Shown: positions 17,642-26,392 of the stretch, piece after piece
Layout of the letters: each line of letters begins with the position of its first letter
Numbering within the stretch: the first letter of the stretch is position 1
Assembly: GCA_903875675.1 (NCBI GenBank)
Contig: CAIQXC010000287.1
Coordinates: 1 to 50,980, forward strand
Direction of reading: 5' to 3'
DNA length: 50,980 bases
Source of the DNA: Akkermansiaceae bacterium
GTDB taxonomy: Bacteria > Verrucomicrobiota > Verrucomicrobiia > Verrucomicrobiales > Akkermansiaceae
The notes under the pieces: model-generated
What the model was told of the DNA's origin: nothing
Database searches by the model: none
The model's input: only the letters and a program-made list of their open reading frames with translations
Program-made: the position numbers and the translations under genes

Positions 17642-18903
17642 CTGGTACCGTGCAACTTCGGAAGCTGAACCGTTTATTGGCCGCGTTATCCCCGGACAAT
17701 CGCTTCTACGCAGGGAAGTTGCACAGTGCCGGATTTGCAAACGGGGCCGCCAGCATCGCCGAGTTTTTCGAGCGCATGCCCCTAACGACAAAGGCCGAGA
17801 TTGTCGCCGACCAGCTTGCACATCCACCGTACGGCACCAATCTAACGTACCCGCCGGATCGCTACACCCGCTTTACCCAAACCAGCGGCACCAGCGGCAT
17901 GCCGCTGCGCTGGCTTGATACACCCGATAGCTGGAGCTGGATGGTCGATTGCTGGACCGAGGTATTGCGTGCTGCTGGCGTTAGACCTGGCGAGCGTGTG
18001 TATTTCGCGTTTTCCTTCGGGCCATTCCTCGGGTTTTGGCTGGCCTTTGAGGCGGCCCAGCGGCTCGGCTGCCTGTGCCTCCCCGGGGGTGGACTCAGCA
18101 GTGCCGCCCGGCTGCAGGCGATCCTCGACAATCAAGTCGATCACCTCTGTTGCACCCCTACCTATGCTCTGCGACTCGGCCATTTCGCCCGGCAAAGCGA
18201 TCACGATCTAACGAAAATAAATATCCGCAGCCTGATCGTTGCAGGAGAGCCCGGTGGCAGCGTGCCGGCAACCCGCAGCCGTATTGAGGATTTGTGGGGC
18301 GGCGCGCGGGTGTTTGATCATCATGGCATGACCGAGATCGGGCCAGTGACTTACGAGGTTGCGCCAGGGATGCTCGCCATTCTTGACTCCGACTACCTTG
18401 CCGAGGTGATCAACCCGGCTGCGGATGGCACGGGAGAACTGGTGCTAACCAACCTTGGCCGCATCGGTTCCCCCTTGCTTCGATACCGGACCGGGGACTT
18501 GGTCAAACCTCTGAGGCGCGACGGGCATACGCTGCTCGAAGGCGGGATCCGCGGCCGCGTTGACGACATGGTCATCGTGCGCGGCACTAACGTCTATCCG
18601 ACCGCAATCGAGCAAATCCTGCGCTCCTGTCCTCACGTCGCCGAGTACCGCGTCGCGGTGCGGGAGGCCGCAGCCATGACCGAGCTGGAGATTACCTTGG
18701 AGCCAACACTGGATTGCCTTGACGCCGGGGCGATGGCAGATAAGCTAGCTGGCGAACTGCAAACTGTGCTGGCATTACGGATTCCCGTGCTGCTCGCCGC
18801 ACCGGGTTCGTTGCCACGTTTCGAATTCAAATCCCAGCGCTGGCAGCGTTTTCCTGATTGCCGCGATCAAACGAGCTGTGCCGATTGTGATGGCAACTGT
18901 TAG
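17638..18903 (+). CDS. Phenylacetate-CoA ligase (PaaK)-family aryl-CoA ligase
   Basis: PLTTKAE, QTSGTSGMP, CTPTYAL, AGEPG, HHGMTEIG, LRYRTGDL, GRVDDMVIVRGTNVYP and LPRFEFKSQR. ATG at 17638. Confidence 0.9.
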   Translation: MTGTVQLRKLNRLLAALSPDNRFYAGKLHSAGFANGAASIAEFFERMPLTTKAEIVADQLAHPPYGTNLTYPPDRYTRFTQTSGTSGMPLRWLDTPDSWSWMVDCWTEVLRAAGVRPGERVYFAFSFGPFLGFWLAFEAAQRLGCLCLPGGGLSSAARLQAILDNQVDHLCCTPTYALRLGHFARQSDHDLTKINIRSLIVAGEPGGSVPATRSRIEDLWGGARVFDHHGMTEIGPVTYEVAPGMLAILDSDYLAEVINPAADGTGELVLTNLGRIGSPLLRYRTGDLVKPLRRDGHTLLEGGIRGRVDDMVIVRGTNVYPTAIEQILRSCPHVAEYRVAVREAAAMTELEITLEPTLDCLDAGAMADKLAGELQTVLALRIPVLLAAPGSLPRFEFKSQRWQRFPDCRDQTSCADCDGNC

Positions 18904-18940
18904 CTACAACAAAACGAACCACGAAAAACAAGCGACGATC

Positions 18941-20134
18941 ATGAAAACACTCATTCCCTGGTTGATTCTCAGTGCCTGCTGCGCCCAAGCCGCCGATTGG
19001 CCGCAATGGCGGGGCCCTAACCGCGACGGTATTTCGACCGAGACCGACTGGACGAGCCAGTGGGGGGCGGACGCACCCAAGCAGCTTTTCAAGCTCAACG
19101 TCGGGATCGGTTGTTCCGCCGTGGCGGTGAGTAAAGGACGCTTATACACGATGGGCAACGCGAACAATTCCGACACGGTGCTGTGCCTCGATGCGGCCAC
19201 TGGCAAGCCGATTTGGAAACAGTCGTATGCCTGTCCGCTGGATCCACACATGTTTGAAGGCGGCCCGGGAGCGACGCCGACCGTGGACGGTGACCGGGTG
19301 TACACGCTGAGCCGGGCAGGACATCTGCATTGTCTCGATGCAGCGAGCGGCAAGGTCGTGTGGATGAAACATCTGGTGAAGGATTTGGGCGGCAAGGTGC
19401 CGACCTGGGGTTACGCCGGGTCACCACTGGTGCTGGAAAAACGGGTGATTGTCGATGTCGGAGCCCCGGGGGCAGCCACCGTGGCCTTGGACAAGACGAG
19501 CGGTGAAGTGGCCTGGAAGAGTGGCGACGAAGGGGCTGGCTACGGAGCGCCGCTGGCGTTTGAGCAGGGCGGCAAACGCTTGCTCGCGCTTTTCGACGGG
19601 TACGGCCTGGTGCTGCGCGAAGCTGATAGCGGCAAGCCGCTGGCACGCCAAGAGTGGAAGACCAACTATGAGATTAACGCCTCCACCCCGATTGTCAGCG
19701 GAGACAAGATATTTGTTTCCAGTGGATATGGCAAAGGGGCGGCGCTATTTGAATTCAGCGGCACGGAGTTGAAGTACGTCTGGCAGACCAAGAAAATGCG
19801 CAACCATTTCAACAGTTGCGTGCTTTGGAAGGGGTTCTTGTATGGGTTCGATGAAAGCAAGCTCACTTGTCTGGACTTCGCCACGGGCGATGTGAAGTGG
19901 TCGCAGGATGACCTTGGCAAAGGCTCCTTGATGATCGCCGATGGCAAACTTATCATCCAGTCCGAGACCGGGGACCTGGTCGTCGCCGACGCCTCGCCTC
20001 TTGCCTTCAAGGAATTGGCCCGCGCCAAGGTGCTCGAAAAACGCTGCTGGGTCGTGCCCGTTCTGGCTAACGGCCGCCTCTATTGCAAAAATAATATCGG
20101 CGACCTCGTCGCTCTGGCTCTCACCAAGCCATAG
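18941..20134 (+). CDS. Secreted PQQ-like beta-propeller protein
   Basis: Signal peptide, then ADWPQWRGPNRDG and blades CLDAATGKPIW, CLDAASGKVVW and ALDKTSGEVAW. ATG at 18941. Confidence 0.88.
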   Translation: MKTLIPWLILSACCAQAADWPQWRGPNRDGISTETDWTSQWGADAPKQLFKLNVGIGCSAVAVSKGRLYTMGNANNSDTVLCLDAATGKPIWKQSYACPLDPHMFEGGPGATPTVDGDRVYTLSRAGHLHCLDAASGKVVWMKHLVKDLGGKVPTWGYAGSPLVLEKRVIVDVGAPGAATVALDKTSGEVAWKSGDEGAGYGAPLAFEQGGKRLLALFDGYGLVLREADSGKPLARQEWKTNYEINASTPIVSGDKIFVSSGYGKGAALFEFSGTELKYVWQTKKMRNHFNSCVLWKGFLYGFDESKLTCLDFATGDVKWSQDDLGKGSLMIADGKLIIQSETGDLVVADASPLAFKELARAKVLEKRCWVVPVLANGRLYCKNNIGDLVALALTKP

Positions 20135-20242
20135 TAATCTAACGATCAAGGCGATTCGAAGCGCTGCTCGGGCACCGCCCGTCGCAGGTGCCGCCATGTG
20201 TAGAGTTACATCCGAAGGGCCGATCCATTTTCTGGATCCATC

Positions 20243-21517
20243 ATGAATCCAACCGCCATCGAAACCCACACCAAACTCGTTCTGCTCCAATGGATGATCA
20301 TCATAGGAGCGGCGTGGCTGTTTGGTCGGTTAGGGAAAAGGTTTGGACAACCGCTTGCAGTTGGGGAAATCACCGCAGGTATCGTACTCGGTCCTTCGGC
20401 CCTAGGCTTGATCTGGCCTGCGGGTTGGCCGCTTCTGTTTCCAAAAGAGACCCACGAATCCCTGCATTTGTTAGGGAAGCTCGGGCTGATTCTGCTGCTG
20501 TTTCAAGTTGGGATGGAGTTTGATTACGGGCATCTGCGTTCCCGCTCCAAGACCGTCACCGCCGTCTCGCTGGCGGGCATTGCCTTTCCGTTCCTTTGCG
20601 GTCTGGCCATCGGACCGTGGCTGCATCGGCACTTCGCCCCCGACCTACCAAAGTTCGGCTTCCAACTCTTTCTATGCATCGCGCTGTCTATCACCGCGTT
20701 GCCGGTCATGGGCCGCATGCTCCTCGAAATGAAGCTCGAGCGTTCCGTTATTGGCGTGATGAGCATCAGCGCGGCGGCCATTGATGACGTGATAGGCTGG
20801 ATGCTGCTCGCACTGGCCACCGCACTGGTCACTTCAGGATTCGACGGCTGGGGGCTGGCCCGACAAGTCCTCAGCGTACTGGTCTTGTTTTTCCTACAGC
20901 AAAAACTTATCGGCCCGTTGCTGTGCCGCGCATGGCGCAAGAGTTCGGTGCGCTACCCACCCGGCCACATGTCCGCCTCATTCCTCACGCTGCTGCTGAT
21001 CGTAATGATGGGCAGTTGTATTCTTAGCAACTGGTTAGGTGTGTTCGCGGTTCTTGGGGCGTTCCTGCTCGGGGTTGCGGTGCACGGGCAGCGCGACCTC
21101 GTCAAGGCATGGCGCGAACGTTTCGCGGATCTTGTCGTCGTCGCCATGGTGCCGATCTTTTTCACGATGACGGGATTGAACACCGATGTTGGCACGCTCA
21201 CCACTCCAGGGGCTTTGCTGGGATGCGGAGTAGTGCTGCTGGCTGCCGTCGCCGGCAAGCTGGGCGGTTGCTATCTCGCTGCGAGGCTGACCGGTCAGCC
21301 CAGGCGGGAAGCTGCCTGCATCGCAACCCTGATGAACACCCGGGCACTCATGGCACTGGTGGCAATCAACATCGGGCTAGACCTGGGACTACTCAACCGC
21401 GAGATTTTCACCATGCTCGTGATCATGGCCCTGTTGACCACTGCCATGACCGGACCGATGTTGCGCCGGTTGCTGCCTCAGCAATTCTCTATAACTCCGC
21501 TTGGCGGCTTGTCTTGA
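20243..21517 (+). CDS. Cation:proton antiporter (CPA2/Kef-type membrane domain)
   Basis: GQPLAVGEITAGIVLGPS, LSITALPV, AAAIDDVIGW, GKLGG and MNTRALMAL motifs. Confidence 0.9.
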   Translation: MNPTAIETHTKLVLLQWMIIIGAAWLFGRLGKRFGQPLAVGEITAGIVLGPSALGLIWPAGWPLLFPKETHESLHLLGKLGLILLLFQVGMEFDYGHLRSRSKTVTAVSLAGIAFPFLCGLAIGPWLHRHFAPDLPKFGFQLFLCIALSITALPVMGRMLLEMKLERSVIGVMSISAAAIDDVIGWMLLALATALVTSGFDGWGLARQVLSVLVLFFLQQKLIGPLLCRAWRKSSVRYPPGHMSASFLTLLLIVMMGSCILSNWLGVFAVLGAFLLGVAVHGQRDLVKAWRERFADLVVVAMVPIFFTMTGLNTDVGTLTTPGALLGCGVVLLAAVAGKLGGCYLAARLTGQPRREAACIATLMNTRALMALVAINIGLDLGLLNREIFTMLVIMALLTTAMTGPMLRRLLPQQFSITPLGGLS

Positions 21518-21555
21518 CCCCGATCCAAATTATCACCACAACCACAACAACGAAT

Positions 21556-22809
21556 ATGAACATAAAACCTGCTCTGCTCGCACTCATTTGCGTCCTTTCC
21601 ATCACGATGAGCCCGCCCACCCGGGCCGAGGATTGGCCTCAGTGGCGCGGCATCAACCGGGATGGCAAGTCATCTGAAACCGGACTGCTGAAGAGTTGGC
21701 CGGAGGGGGGACCCAAGCTGGTTTGGACGGCTCGCGAACTCGGGGGAGGCTATTCCACTCCGTCCGTGGCCGACGGCAGCATTTATGGCATGGGTTACCG
21801 CAGCGAGGAAGAAGTCGTGTGGGCTCTCGACGCCAAGACCGGCAAGGAAGTTTGGAGCACCCCCACGGCAGCCGCTAACCGCAAGATGGGATATCCCGAG
21901 GGGCCGCGCTGCACCCCGACGGTGGATGGGGAACGGCTCTTCACGCTGGGAGCCGGCGGCAATCTGGTGGCCCTCGATCGAAAATCCGGCAAGGTGCTTT
22001 GGCACAAGGAACTTGTCGATGATTTCGGCGGAAAAATGATGTCTGGTTGGGGATACTCAGAGTCGCCATGGGTCGATGGAGATCGGCTGGTTTGCACGCC
22101 TGGCGGAAGTAAGGGAACCATGTTAGCCCTCAATAAACTCACCGGTGAAAAACTCTGGCAGACCACCGACATCACCGATAACGCGGCTTATTCTTCGATT
22201 TTGCTAACAACCATCGCGGGCACCCGGCAATACGTTCAACTCACTGACGCCCACGTCTTCGGCGTGGCTCCAGAGACGGGCGCGGTGTTGTGGAAAGCCC
22301 CGCGTGCGGGCCGCACCGCCGTCATTACGACGCCGATCGTAGCTGGGGACATGGTGTATGTGACCTCCGGTTATGGGGTTGGCTGCAATGCATTCAAAGT
22401 GACCAGCGACGGGTCCAAGTTTAGTGCCGAGGAGATTTACGCCAACAAGGTCATGAAAAACCATCACGGCGGCGTCGTTCTCGTGGGCGATCATCTCTAT
22501 GGCCATTCCGACGCCAGCGGCTGGACATGCCAAAACCTCAAAACCGGCGAAGAGGTCTGGCAGGAGAAATCCAAGCTGGGCAAGGGCGCCATCGCTTATG
22601 CCGACGAACGGCTGTATTGCCGGTTCGAGTCCGAGGAAGGAACCCTTGCCCTGATCGAGGCCACTCCCGAGGGCTATCGCGAGCACGGCAGGTTCGACCA
22701 ACCCGAACGTAGCAAAAAGAATAGTTGGCCTCACCCGGTCATCACCGGCGGCCGTCTCTACATCCGCGATCAAAATATCCTCCTCTGCTACGACGTCAAA
22801 GCGCCCTGA
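21556..22809 (+). CDS. Secreted PQQ-like beta-propeller protein
   Basis: Signal peptide, then EDWPQWRGINRDG, blades ALDAKTGKEVW and ALDRKSGKVLW, and the C-terminal WPHPVITGGRLYIRD. ATG at 21556. Confidence 0.88.
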   Translation: MNIKPALLALICVLSITMSPPTRAEDWPQWRGINRDGKSSETGLLKSWPEGGPKLVWTARELGGGYSTPSVADGSIYGMGYRSEEEVVWALDAKTGKEVWSTPTAAANRKMGYPEGPRCTPTVDGERLFTLGAGGNLVALDRKSGKVLWHKELVDDFGGKMMSGWGYSESPWVDGDRLVCTPGGSKGTMLALNKLTGEKLWQTTDITDNAAYSSILLTTIAGTRQYVQLTDAHVFGVAPETGAVLWKAPRAGRTAVITTPIVAGDMVYVTSGYGVGCNAFKVTSDGSKFSAEEIYANKVMKNHHGGVVLVGDHLYGHSDASGWTCQNLKTGEEVWQEKSKLGKGAIAYADERLYCRFESEEGTLALIEATPEGYREHGRFDQPERSKKNSWPHPVITGGRLYIRDQNILLCYDVKAP

Positions 22810-22914
22810 GCGGGCCTGGATGAGATTGAGCCGGGGAAGAAAATGAGTCTGCGCGGATAAGGAAGCATTGCGAAAGCCGAACTGTCGAAAGCCGAATCTG
22901 CAATCCTGCGGGTA

Positions 22915-23691
22915 TCACTCGCTGGCTGGCCGGTGAGGCGGCTTTGCCAATTTTCGCAGTCTGCGTACTCCGATGAATCCCAGGCATCCGAGCCCCGTCA
23001 ATGCCACGGCGAGTCCGGCCACCAGTGGCCAGGGAGCTGGAACATTTCCCTTGAAGTGAATGACCACGGGCTTTTTCAGCCCTTCCTGCAACGTCTGATC
23101 CCAGATGAGCGTGCGGCCACCGTCCGCCGTGCGCGTCGCACTGGACGCCTCCACCACCATCGGCAGGTGCAGAATGTACACCAATCGCCGCCCGTTAAAT
23201 TGCGAGGCTGGCATCAAGAACGCCCCAGGCAGAGCCTGGGCCGGTTGCACGGTGCGTGTGAGTTCAACCGCTAGACCGCTGCGTTGGAAATCAAAATGTC
23301 CGATCAACGGCGGCACCGTGGATTTCAGATTCCCCGATGCCAACACCGAGTCGCCGCGCACCGCATTCATCAGATCGAGCGCGGATTTAAACGACGCCTG
23401 AAACTCCACAGCCGTGCGTTCGCCTTCACGGCTGACCCGTCGCGTCGCGTTTGTCAACGTCGGGGTTTGTCGGATGAACTCATCCAGAATCTTCTCCAAT
23501 CCCGGTTCGCCTCCGCAACTGCGCGCCAGACTCGACGGCAACGTGTACCGAATGAGCGCCCGCCCACTGCCATCACCCGCCAGCCAAAATTCCTCGCGTC
23601 CGTCGATGCACGATGCCAGCACGACGCAGCCAACCACCGCCAAGCACCGGATAAGGTACCGCCCGGTTGGTATTGCAATCTGAAAAAACAT
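22915..23691 (-). CDS. Putative lipoprotein with a C-terminal membrane anchor
   Basis: Lipobox VLAS-C followed by IDGREEFW.xxDGSG, and a C-terminal TM helix WPLVAGLAVALTGLGCLGFIG plus basic tail. ATG 23691; the ORF upstream of this overlaps the SDR gene. Confidence 0.65.
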   Translation of the reverse strand: MFFQIAIPTGRYLIRCLAVVGCVVLASCIDGREEFWLAGDGSGRALIRYTLPSSLARSCGGEPGLEKILDEFIRQTPTLTNATRRVSREGERTAVEFQASFKSALDLMNAVRGDSVLASGNLKSTVPPLIGHFDFQRSGLAVELTRTVQPAQALPGAFLMPASQFNGRRLVYILHLPMVVEASSATRTADGGRTLIWDQTLQEGLKKPVVIHFKGNVPAPWPLVAGLAVALTGLGCLGFIGVRRLRKLAKPPHRPASE

Positions 23692-23696
23692 CCGCC

Positions 23697-24401
23697 TCAC
23701 ATCCGTTGTTGGGCGCTGCGGATGAGAATATCCGCGATTTCCACATGGACGGGTGCTTCCAAGATGCCCAGAATCGCCCATGCCACATCTTCTGGATCCA
23801 ACATCTTCATGGCGGCCCGCGTTTGGCTGAGCATCGTCTCCCGGCCGCGGAAGTAGTCGTCGAGCAGTGGGGTATCGACGTAACCGGGTGAGACGCAAGC
23901 GACTTGGACCGGGGAGCCCGCGGATTTGAGTTCTAAGCGCAAGGCATCGGTGAGGGCACGCACGGCAAATTTGCTCGGCGAGTAAAACCCGCCGCTTGGC
24001 GGCACCCGGTGGCCGCTCAATGAGCTCACATTGACGATGCGTCCGCCGTCGATTGGGAAATGGGCCAGTGAGAGTTGGCAGCAAAGGGCGAGGGCCATCA
24101 CGTTGACTCGCCACATTTCCTCCCAATCGGCCGGATTGCCGTCGCTGATGCGCGATAGATAGGCCACTCCGGCACAATTCACGAGGGCATCGATTTTTCC
24201 CAGCCCATGAAAAATACCGGTAACCTCCTCGCGCTGCGTCAGATCGGCGACAATCGGTGAGACGTCCTGTGACAATGCGCCCGGCCGCCGGGTGACGCCC
24301 AGCACATTGGCGTCCCGGGAGACGAGCAGTTCACACAAGGCGCGGCCGATGCCACTGGAAGCACCGGTCACCAACAATGTTTTTCCTTGCAGGGAAGGCA
24401 T
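23697..24401 (-). CDS. Short-chain dehydrogenase/reductase
   Basis: TGASSGIG, VNCAG, NVSS, YSPSK (YxxxK) and SPGYVDT. Confidence 0.93.
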   Translation of the reverse strand: MPSLQGKTLLVTGASSGIGRALCELLVSRDANVLGVTRRPGALSQDVSPIVADLTQREEVTGIFHGLGKIDALVNCAGVAYLSRISDGNPADWEEMWRVNVMALALCCQLSLAHFPIDGGRIVNVSSLSGHRVPPSGGFYSPSKFAVRALTDALRLELKSAGSPVQVACVSPGYVDTPLLDDYFRGRETMLSQTRAAMKMLDPEDVAWAILGILEAPVHVEIADILIRSAQQRM

Positions 24402-24753
24402 GCCGATGAGCCTGTCACAACGCCCCGCAATGCGCAACCCCCGGCTTTTCGGGCAGAGCGCTTTTCACTCCCCCCTCTCAAAACCAAGCTGTCATTCATG
24501 GACCTTTCCGAGCGCTTGGCCCAGTAGGCTCCAGATGTCCCAGTGGGGCTAGTGGCCGCCAATTGGGGCGCTTACGTACCGATCGGGTCAAGTTCAATGT
24601 TATCATTCGACCTCAGCCATTCGTTTTGCAAAGAAACGGCATATTTCATGATTCCGGCTAATGAGGGGTGATTATCACCGATGGTTGAAGACTTCCCCCG
24701 CTGTAGGATTTCCCACAATCCAAAATCCCTCCTCTCCATTTTCAGGAAGAATA

Positions 24754-24782
24754 TCTCGCGCAAAGCCGCCAAGGCGCAAAGG
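24754..24782. repeat. REP-like octamer repeat (CGCAAAGC CGCCAAGG CGCAAAGG)
   Basis: Three units with an 8-bp period in the intergenic region downstream of dinB. Only one arm is visible. Confidence 0.45.
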
Positions 24783-24869
24783 ATGATGAGGAAGCCGCGT
24801 TTGGTGAGACGGGAAGAGAGAGTCGGAGCCGACGACGAGTTTGATGGAGAGGAATTGAGAAACCGGCAC

Positions 24870-26174
24870 TCAATCGCCCTCCAGCCCTGCATTCGGAATG
24901 TGGGTGAAGCTGATGCGCATCGGTGCAGCGTCGCGGCTTTCCTGGACGCTGCCATAGTAGATCACTTTGCGGCCGTAGCGGGCCCGCAGCTTGTCGAGGG
25001 CGGCATCGAGGCGTTGGTGTTTCCCGGGGTCGCTGTCTGCGGTGTTAGGCGGATTGTTAGGCGTGCCGCTGGTCTTGGCACGGGTTTTGGAAACGGCACC
25101 ATCCCCGTCTTGAAACAATTGTGGCGTGTGGTTGCCTAACTCACAGAGGTGGGTGAGCACGATGCCCACTTTAAGGATCAGGCAGCCGGGTTCGCTCCGC
25201 TGATGCCAGAGCCGTTCCATCAGGTGCATGAGGGTGGTGGTGGAATCGGTTTCCACTGTGTGGGCGTCGGCCGACCACGACGGTCCTCTGACGAATGCGA
25301 TCTGCAGGGTGAGCGAGCCGGTGAGCAGGTGCTCGGCCCGCAGCCGCTCGCAGGCCTTGTGCAGCAGTTTGCAGAGGATCGGCCAGGCTTTGTCAGGGAC
25401 GCGGCTATCGGGTGGCAGCACGTGACTGTGGCCGAGGGATTTGCGGGGCGACGGCAGGTCTGGAATCTCATCGCCGCGTAGCAGGTGCCACAACCGGTCG
25501 CCGAGGACACCGCCCCAGGCTTTGTGCAGCTCGGGCTTGGTGGCGTCGCACAGGCACTCCACGCTGCGGATGCCGAAGGAAAGCAGGCGGGCTTCCATGC
25601 TGCTGCCGATGCCGGTGAAGTCGCGCAGCTTGAGGGGATGGAGGACGTCGGGCAGCTGGGCGTGTTCGATGATAAACAAGCCGTCGGGCTTGCGCATCTT
25701 GCTGGCCATTTTGGCGAGGTATTTGTTTGGCCCGCCACCGATACTCACCTTGATGACCGGCGACACGTGGCGAGCGACGCTGGCCTTGATCTTGCGTCCG
25801 ATGGTCTCGACGGTGGCCCGTTCGCGCAGGTTGTATGGGAGCCAGGCCCACATTTCATCAATGCTCAGGACGGCTTCGATGTGGATACAGTCCTCGACCG
25901 CCGCGATGACCTGATGGTGGACCCGGAGGTATTCCGGTGGTTTGGCCTCGACGATGGCGATGCCGGGGCACATGGCGCGGGCATCGCTGACGCGGGTACC
26001 GGTTTTCACGCCGAACGCCTTGGCTTCGTAGCTGGCGGCAATGCAGCATGAGGTCTCGGCCATCACCGGTGCCACGCCCACCGGCCTGCCGCGCAGGGTT
26101 GGGTCGAGGTGCTGTTCGACTGAGGCGAAGTAGGAATCGCAATCGACGAACAGGGCTGTGAGAGGGCGCTCCAC
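24870..26174 (-). CDS. dinB: Y-family DNA polymerase (DNA polymerase IV/DinB-like)
   Basis: LFVDCDSYFASVE, AASYEAKAFGVKTG, catalytic SIDE, NKYLAKMAS, GIG and KSLGHSH. Confidence 0.88.
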   Translation of the reverse strand: MERPLTALFVDCDSYFASVEQHLDPTLRGRPVGVAPVMAETSCCIAASYEAKAFGVKTGTRVSDARAMCPGIAIVEAKPPEYLRVHHQVIAAVEDCIHIEAVLSIDEMWAWLPYNLRERATVETIGRKIKASVARHVSPVIKVSIGGGPNKYLAKMASKMRKPDGLFIIEHAQLPDVLHPLKLRDFTGIGSSMEARLLSFGIRSVECLCDATKPELHKAWGGVLGDRLWHLLRGDEIPDLPSPRKSLGHSHVLPPDSRVPDKAWPILCKLLHKACERLRAEHLLTGSLTLQIAFVRGPSWSADAHTVETDSTTTLMHLMERLWHQRSEPGCLILKVGIVLTHLCELGNHTPQLFQDGDGAVSKTRAKTSGTPNNPPNTADSDPGKHQRLDAALDKLRARYGRKVIYYGSVQESRDAAPMRISFTHIPNAGLEGD

Positions 26175-26392
26175 AAGAGAAATGGATGCACCGGGCGGGC
26201 TCCTCCGTCAAATGGAATGTGATCGGACCTGTCTTTCCCCATCTTCGGCATTTCAAGGGCTGCCAGTGCATCGGGCTTGAATCTGGTGCATTTCCGCGCA
26301 CACTCCGCACATGTCAACGCCGCTGAGCCCGAATACAAGGCGGCCGTGGCCTTTGCCCGGCGCATGCGCGAGGCGGGCTTTAGCCAATCACC

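Noticed and set aside
24572-24955. 127-aa minus-strand ORF downstream of dinB
   Set aside because: It overlaps the dinB end and runs through the REP-like repeat (LCALAALRE), which is typical of spurious ORFs.
26175-26392. LexA box upstream of dinB
   Set aside because: I found no convincing palindrome such as TGTTC-N4-GAACA or CTGT-N8-ACAG by eye.
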